Translations under genes and position numbers: made by a program
Notes under the pieces: model-generated
Databases searched by the model: none
What the model was told of the DNA's origin: nothing
Seen by the model: only the letters and a program-made list of their open reading frames with translations
Assembly (NCBI RefSeq): GCF_006345805.1
Contig: NW_021825784.1
Location: forward strand, 1 to 14,581
From: Octopus sinensis
Lineage: Eukaryota
Length of the DNA: 14,581 nt
Direction: 5' to 3'
Shown: positions 9,421-14,581 of the stretch, in pieces
Layout: each line of letters begins with the position of its first letter
How positions within the stretch are numbered: the stretch's first letter is position 1

Positions 9421-10003
9421 AAAACATTTAGCTTTGTGAAAATATTAAAGTTTCAGGGAGATGATGTTTGCTTCATCATTTGAAAAACACAAACAAAACA
9501 TTTATGTATTTCTGTCAGTGAATTAATCTTGTCTAATTAATATTTAAACAACTTATTACAATCTATTCTAAGATGTCTTAATAAGTTTCATTAATTACAT
9601 GGAGTCTAGATATTAGAAATAATTATTTTCACTGGAAATGATATTTGCTCTCAACATCACAAAGAAATAGTCATGTGTGGCTTAGATTTATTTAACGATA
9701 ATTAGTCAAAGAGATTCCCCTGCTCCAAAAGCACTCAATAACGAGACACTCTAAGCTGTAGAGAAAATTAACTTTAATTGGTGTACATGCTATATTATGT
9801 CCCAACACACAGCAATCATGTTCAAACTTCGTTAACATGGAACAATTAGCAAAACATAGACTTTATTATGTTTCATAGACATTTGTCAGATATAAAACAG
9901 ACTGAACATTTTGCTAGTTAGATGGAATATAAGTATTACTAATGATTATATGTAATTAAAATGATGGGACAGTCATGGTTGGCTTGGTTTCCATCATATT
10001 TAC

Positions 10004-10261
10004 CTGGATTAACAAATACGAATAAAGCTGGAGATGAAACTGTTCTTAACCTGACAACTGCTGTAAATCTCTCGACATTTCAATATAATCCGCACAATTA
10101 TCATACACAACATTGATTAACTCGGAAAGCTTATCCAAAGATGGGCTTTCATATAACCACACTGATAGACAGCTTGTTGAGAGGATCGTTATTATTTGTT
10201 GCTGATTGAGATAATAAAGATTGGTTAATGAATAAGCCCAATTAATGAAAGGTAGGTTCAT
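10004..10261 (-). other. Possible upstream exon (coding or UTR)
   Basis: Protein-like 71-aa ORF (..LYESPSLDKLSELINVVYDNCADYIE..) followed by a donor-like CAG|GTAAAT (GT at 10003-10002). No family recognised. Confidence 0.25.
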
Positions 10262-10641
10262 CTTAATTATCTTTAAATAAGGACAATGTTTGGTAGCAAT
10301 GAGAAGATGTGTTTGTATGAAAAAGGGGTTTGGCAGGTGAAGTGTGTTTTGTTTTGTGTTAGGTGAGGAGTTATAACTTGGTGTAGTTTATTATGAAGTA
10401 TTGGGGTTTAATGAGGTGGATTAGGAAATATTGGTGGGGGTGTTTAATGACATTCTGGTGACCCATCATCATCAGAATGATCCTCCACCGCCTCCTTGGT
10501 CTATGAAATAATGACTGTTACTCTATTGACCCCAGGAGGAATGAAAAATAAAGAGACCTTCTTCAGGATACACATACATATATATGATACTAGCAGTATC
10601 GCCCGGCGTTGCCGGGTTTGTAAGGGAAATAACTATATAAG

Positions 10642-11038
10642 CATTTTTAGTGAGTATAGCAAAAAATAGCAAAAAATGCATTAGAATGGAATAAAAAATG
10701 ATGGTAATTTTTTTTTTAAATCGTTGACTCATCATAGACATTTTTAGATAGTTACTCCCTTTATAATAGCGAAAAATGCATTAAAATGAATAAAAAATGA
10801 TGGTAATTTTTTTTTTTTTATCGTTGACTCATCGTAAACATTTTTAGAAGTTACTTCTCTTATAAATAGCGAAAATGCATTAAAATCGAATAAAAATGAT
10901 GGTAATTTTTTTTTTAATCGTTGACTCATCGTAGACATTTGTAGAGAGTTACTTCTCTTATATAATAGCGAAAAATGCATTAAAATGGAATAAAAGATGG
11001 TGGTAAATTTTTTTTTAAATCGTAGACTCATCGTAGAC
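10642..11038 (+). repeat. Four tandem copies of an about 100-bp unit
   Basis: TCGT(T/A)GACTCATC at 10721, 10821, 10918 and 11020, each preceded by ATGCATTA..ATG...GATGGT..AATTTTTTT. Confidence 0.95.
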
Positions 11039-11066
11039 GGCGCTAATATCCCAGAAGGGCTCGATA

Positions 11067-11474
11067 TGAATCACGACTATAAGATACACTGCACCACAAA
11101 ATGTGGGAGTAGTTAGGATCTAAATCGTAGGAGACAGACACACAACCTTACTTTTATAATAAAGATTTGTGCAACAACGAAAACATTCGGTTGTGCAAAT
11201 TGTTTGAATCACGACTATAGATACCGGTTTTGCTTAAACTGCACCGCAAATGTGGGAGTAGTTAGGAATCTAAATCGAAGGAGACAGACCCACAACCTTA
11301 CTTTTATATATAATATTTGTGCAACAACGAAAACATTCGGTTGTGCAAATTGTTTGAATCACGACTATAAGATACCCGGTTTTGGTTAAACTGCACCGCA
11401 AAATGTGGGAGTAGTTAGGAATCTAAATCGTAAGGAGACAGACAGCTCACAACAACTACATTTTATATATATAG
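11067..11474 (+). repeat. Three tandem copies of a 138-150-bp unit
   Basis: TGAATCACGACTATA at 11067, 11205 and 11355, each followed by ACTGCACC..AAATGTGGGAGTAGTTAGG..CTAAATCG..GGAGACAGAC. Confidence 0.95.
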
Positions 11475-11991
11475 AGTAGCATATAACTGCCCGGCGTTTC
11501 TCGGGTTTGTAGGGAAATAACTATATAAGCATTTTTAGAGAGTTACTTCCCTTATAGATGCCAATTCGGCTTTCTTAGCCATTTCTGTTTTGGTGTCTTC
11601 AAGCCATGAAGTTGTTGTCTCAAAAGAACGCTGGTCTCCTTGACAACGCTTTACGAACGACGTGATTTCCTTACACTCTCCTTCCCCACAGCTTCATGAG
11701 GGAGGGAAGAGGGGGAGAAGCAACCAGGTGCAGGTGTGACCATGGACGCCAACTCCGCCGCCATCGACACACGAAAAAATATGCATTAAATGGAATGAAA
11801 AATTATGTTAAATTATTTTTAAAATCGTAGACTCATTGTAGACGTGTGCTAATACCCAGACGGGCTCGATATGAATCACGACTATAAGATACCCGAATTT
11901 AGTTAAACTGCACCGCAAAATGTGGGAGTAGTTAGGAATCTAAATCGAAGGGGACAGACACTCACACAACTACAGTTTTATATATATAGAT
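11475..11991 (+). mobile_element. Helitron-like element, copy 2, head-to-tail with copy 1 and carrying an extra about 215-bp internal segment
   Basis: Repeats the 5' end (GCCCGGCGTTTCTCGGGTTTGTAGGGAAATAACTATATAAGCATTTTTAG) straight after copy 1 and has the same 3' end (GGGACAGACAC...TTTTATATATATAGAT). Confidence 0.6.
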
Positions 11992-12213
11992 ATGAAAAGG
12001 AGTGGCTGAGTGTTGGGGAGAGACTCAGGTAGGTCCAGTAACATCCCTAGTTTCATTGGAAGAATGGTGAAGAGAAGAGATTTACTGCCAATCTTTGTCA
12101 CAGCAGTAAGATAGTAGAGTAAAAAGAAGAAGCGAGAGTGATTGAGAGATGAAAGATAGAGGTAGGGGTGATAGGGGCGTGGCAGTAGGGACTCAAGGTC
12201 CGAGAGTTGACAC

Positions 12214-12270
12214 TTATCAAACTGGTTTTTGGAGGTCTGGGAATATACCTTTAAAGAACCAGTTTGATAA
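12214..12270. other. Perfect 14-bp inverted repeat with 29-nt spacer
   Basis: TTATCAAACTGGTT (12214-12227) and AACCAGTTTGATAA (12257-12270). Confidence 0.85.
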
Positions 12271-12327
12271 ATGCTAATAAACGAAAATTTCAGATCTCGG
12301 GTCAGTTTGTTACTTCTGCTAAATATT

Positions 12328-12355
<28 letters not shown>

Positions 12356-12358
<3 letters not shown>

Positions 12359-12656
12359 CAAAATCAAAATCCAAGTCGATCAACATCAATGGAAATTGTA
12401 GCTGTGATACCAGTGCCGGTGGCACATAAAAAGACCATCTGATCGTGGCCGTTTGGCAGCCTCGTCTGGCACCTGTGTCGGTGGCACGTAAAAAGCACCC
12501 ACTACACTCACGGAGTGGTTGGCATTAGGAAGGGCATCCAGCCATAGAAACTTTGCCAGATCAGACTGGGCCTGGTGCAGCCTTCTGGCTTCCCAGACCC
12601 CAGTTGAAACGTCCAACCCATGCTAGCATGGAAAGCGGACGCTAAGTGATGATGAT
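12356..12656 (+). mobile_element. Short retroposon (SINE or 5'-truncated LINE) with RTE-like 3' tail
   Basis: Duplicated CGGTGGCAC(A/G)TAAAAAG motif, GGAGTGGTTGGCATTAGGAAGGGCATCCAGC, and end CCAACCCATGCTAGCATGGAAAGCGGACG followed by (GAT)n. Recognised as a common octopus repeat; RTE affinity is from memory. Confidence 0.75.
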
Positions 12657-13140
12657 TAATATAATATACATATATATACCTTCACATACCCATGTATAAA
12701 TATTTGTGTCCATGTATGTTTATAGCTATGAATCAATGAACAACAAAAGAACAAGAGTTACGTAGACACCTCATTAGCTTCCAGCTGTTTCTGCTACAGG
12801 AAGCAGTGAACTCGAGCTGAGTGTGTGTGCGCGTAGGTGTCTGTGCATTTGTTTATGTTTGCAATCTCTTTTAAGTTGCTCCAAGCAGAAACATCTGTCA
12901 ACCAATCACCTCCACCTTCGAAGACATGGGAAATAAGAACTTTTGTTCTTGCAAAATGGTTTGGGGTGAGCAATAGGAAGGCTGTCTGTCTGTAAAACAA
13001 GGCTACAATAATATATTCACCTAACCCATGCTAGCATACAAAATCAGATGTGCAATCAAACATAAGTAAACCAATGTTTATTCATTCATATACTCTTATG
13101 CATGCATAAACACATACACACACGTGTGTGTGTGTGCATC

Positions 13141-13270
13141 TGGTGTTAAGAAGATCATCCAGCTGTAGAAATCTTGCCAAATCTTTCATTGGAGCTCAGC
13201 AATGTCCTCTGGTTCACTGCTTCCTCGTCAACTGTCCTACCCATGCCAGTTAGGGAAAATAGATGTCAAA
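13141..13270 (+). mobile_element. Older degenerate copy of the 3' part of the same retroposon
   Basis: GGTGTTAAGAAGATCATCCAGCTGTAGAAA...TGTCCTACCCATGCCAG aligns by eye with about 12520-12630. Confidence 0.6.
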
Positions 13271-13566
13271 ACCTTTATAATACATCAGGTGGTGTATTTT
13301 CTTTTCTGTATTTTCCTTCTAATAATTTTGTTTTGTTTTTTGCCAGGTTCTTGTGAGTGCCACTCAGTCAAGTCTATGACTACACTCGATGAGGGTCACT
13401 AATCTTCAGCTGGTTTCAAGCAAGAGAATATTTCCCCAAGTTCTTCCAACATGAACAGCACAATGGTTGGATATGTTTTCTGGTGGAACACTGCAAACAA
13501 ACGACTCTGTTTGTTTGACGTGACATTTGTTTATAATAAGCAGCAGATATCAAGACAAGGAGACGT

Positions 13567-13567
<1 letters not shown>

Positions 13568-13614
<47 letters not shown>
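13568..13614. repeat. (CA)n microsatellite
   Basis: Direct reading. Confidence 0.95.
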
Positions 13615-13616
<2 letters not shown>

Positions 13617-13761
13617 CATGCATACACATACAAGTACAAATGTAGATATGCATACATGAATATACACACACAAGTATATACCATAGGATTTATCAGTTCC
13701 AGGTACGAAACCCACTCACAAGCCTTGAGTCAACCTGGAACATTAGAAGAAGTTAATTCTT

Positions 13762-13838
13762 TAAGGTGCTGCAAAGTGGGACTGAACCTGAGACCACAAG
13801 GTTCTGAAGTGAATTTCTTACCATACAGCAGCCATGCC
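13762..13838 (-). mobile_element. Degenerate tRNA-like SINE head (same family as 522-976)
   Basis: Reverse complement GGCATGGCTGCTGTATGGTAAG...CAGGTTCAGTCCCACT...GCACCTT parallels 522-601. Confidence 0.65.
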
Positions 13839-13878
13839 CCCAACTTTTTTTGGTATATTTTGAAGATAATAATAATCC

Positions 13879-14094
13879 TTTCTACTATAGGCATAAGGCC
13901 TGAAATTTTGGGTGTGGGGGGTTAATTGATTATGTCACCCCCCCCCTCCCCTAACTGGTTCTTATTTTATCAATCCCAAAAGGACGAGGGGCAAAATCAA
14001 CCTTGGTGGAATTTGAACTCAAAATGTAAACTTGGAAGAAATGATGCAAAGTATTTTGTCTGGCATTTTGTAACAATTCTGCTTGTTCATCACA
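13879..14094 (-). mobile_element. tRNA-derived SINE, second family
   Basis: Minus strand has B-box-like GAGTTCAAATTCCACC; tail ATAGGCATAAGGCCTGAAATTTTGG; aligns with 14241-14449. Confidence 0.75.
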
Positions 14095-14240
14095 TTAATA
14101 ATAATAATAATAAGAAGAAGAAGAATATCAATAACTATAACAATAACAACATCAATAATAATAATATTAGCAGCAGCAGCAAAAACAACAACAACAACAG
14201 CAATGATTTCTTTTATGTTTTTTTTAATATAATAAAAATG

Positions 14241-14449
14241 ATTTCAAGTTTTGGCACAAGGCCAGCAAGTTCAAGGAAGGGGCCAGTCTATTACACTGAC
14301 CCCAGTACTCAACTAGTACTTAATTTATGGATCCGAAAAGGGTGAGAGGCTAAGTCAACCTTGGTGGAATTTGAACTCAGAATGTAAAGATGGACAAAAT
14401 GCCGCTCAACATTTTGCTTTGCATCCTCACAATTCTGCCAGCTCGTCAC
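14241..14449 (-). mobile_element. tRNA-derived SINE, second family (related copy)
   Basis: Shares TCAACCTTGGTGGAATTTGAACTCA and GGCACAAGGCC with 13879-14094; minus-strand head GACGAGCTGGCAGAATTG. Confidence 0.8.
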
Positions 14450-14451
14450 AG

Positions 14452-14507
14452 TAATTATAATAATAATAGTAATAATAATAATAATAATAATAATATAATA
14501 ATAATAA

Positions 14508-14538
<31 letters not shown>

Positions 14539-14581
14539 AAGAAGAAGAATGCTTTCTTACAATAGGCACAAGGCCTGAAAT
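14452..14581 (-). mobile_element. (AAT)n(AAG)n microsatellite and 3' tail of a third SINE copy cut by the window edge
   Basis: ATAGGCACAAGGCCTGAAAT near 14562-14581 is nearly identical to the tail near 13887. Confidence 0.7.

Larger units (their letters stand above)
10587..11474 (+). mobile_element. Non-autonomous Helitron/Helentron-like element, copy 1, expanded by internal tandem repeats
   Basis: 5' ATACTAGC end with GC hairpin CCCGGC-GTT-GCCGGG (10602-10616). The 3' end GGAGACAGAC...TTTTATATATATAGA resembles Lep1/DINE-type non-autonomous rolling-circle elements. No TSD or TIR seen. Class is inferred. Confidence 0.6.

Noticed and set aside
11067-11474. Regularly spaced repeats superficially like a CRISPR array
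   Set aside because: Units are 138-150 bp, the intervening sequence is identical rather than unique spacers, there are no cas genes and the context is eukaryotic
13300-13470. Strong plus-strand polypyrimidine tract and CAG at 13346 followed by exon-like sequence
   Set aside because: All three frames stop within about 55 nt, there is no convincing donor and no recognisable homology; kept only as a remote possibility given the indel rate
13926-14578. Poly-Asn, poly-Arg and poly-Ser ORFs
   Set aside because: Translations of SINEs and AAT/AAG microsatellites

Overview
AT-rich, microsatellite-dense eukaryotic DNA. The SINE families look like those of octopus (coleoid cephalopod); this is recognition from memory, not a database search. 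The main feature is one long minus-strand coding unit, about 9395 to 3941. The ORF track splits it into fragments, but re-framing by hand gives an apparently single-exon protein of about 1,800 aa. It has an acidic/helical N-terminus followed by about six tandem NHL-like beta-propeller modules, and no RING or B-box is visible. Most frame breaks are repaired by restoring 1-2 bases in a short base run, which points to long-read assembly error more than pseudogene decay. The rest is repeats: a 217-bp fold-back palindrome, tRNA-derived SINEs (one with a nested insertion flanked by a 15-bp TSD), two head-to-tail Helitron-like elements with internal tandem arrays, RTE-tail-like repeats and many microsatellites. 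A small unique island at about 1700-1950 carries an RFX X-box. Most other short ORFs in the track are spurious microsatellite or antisense frames.
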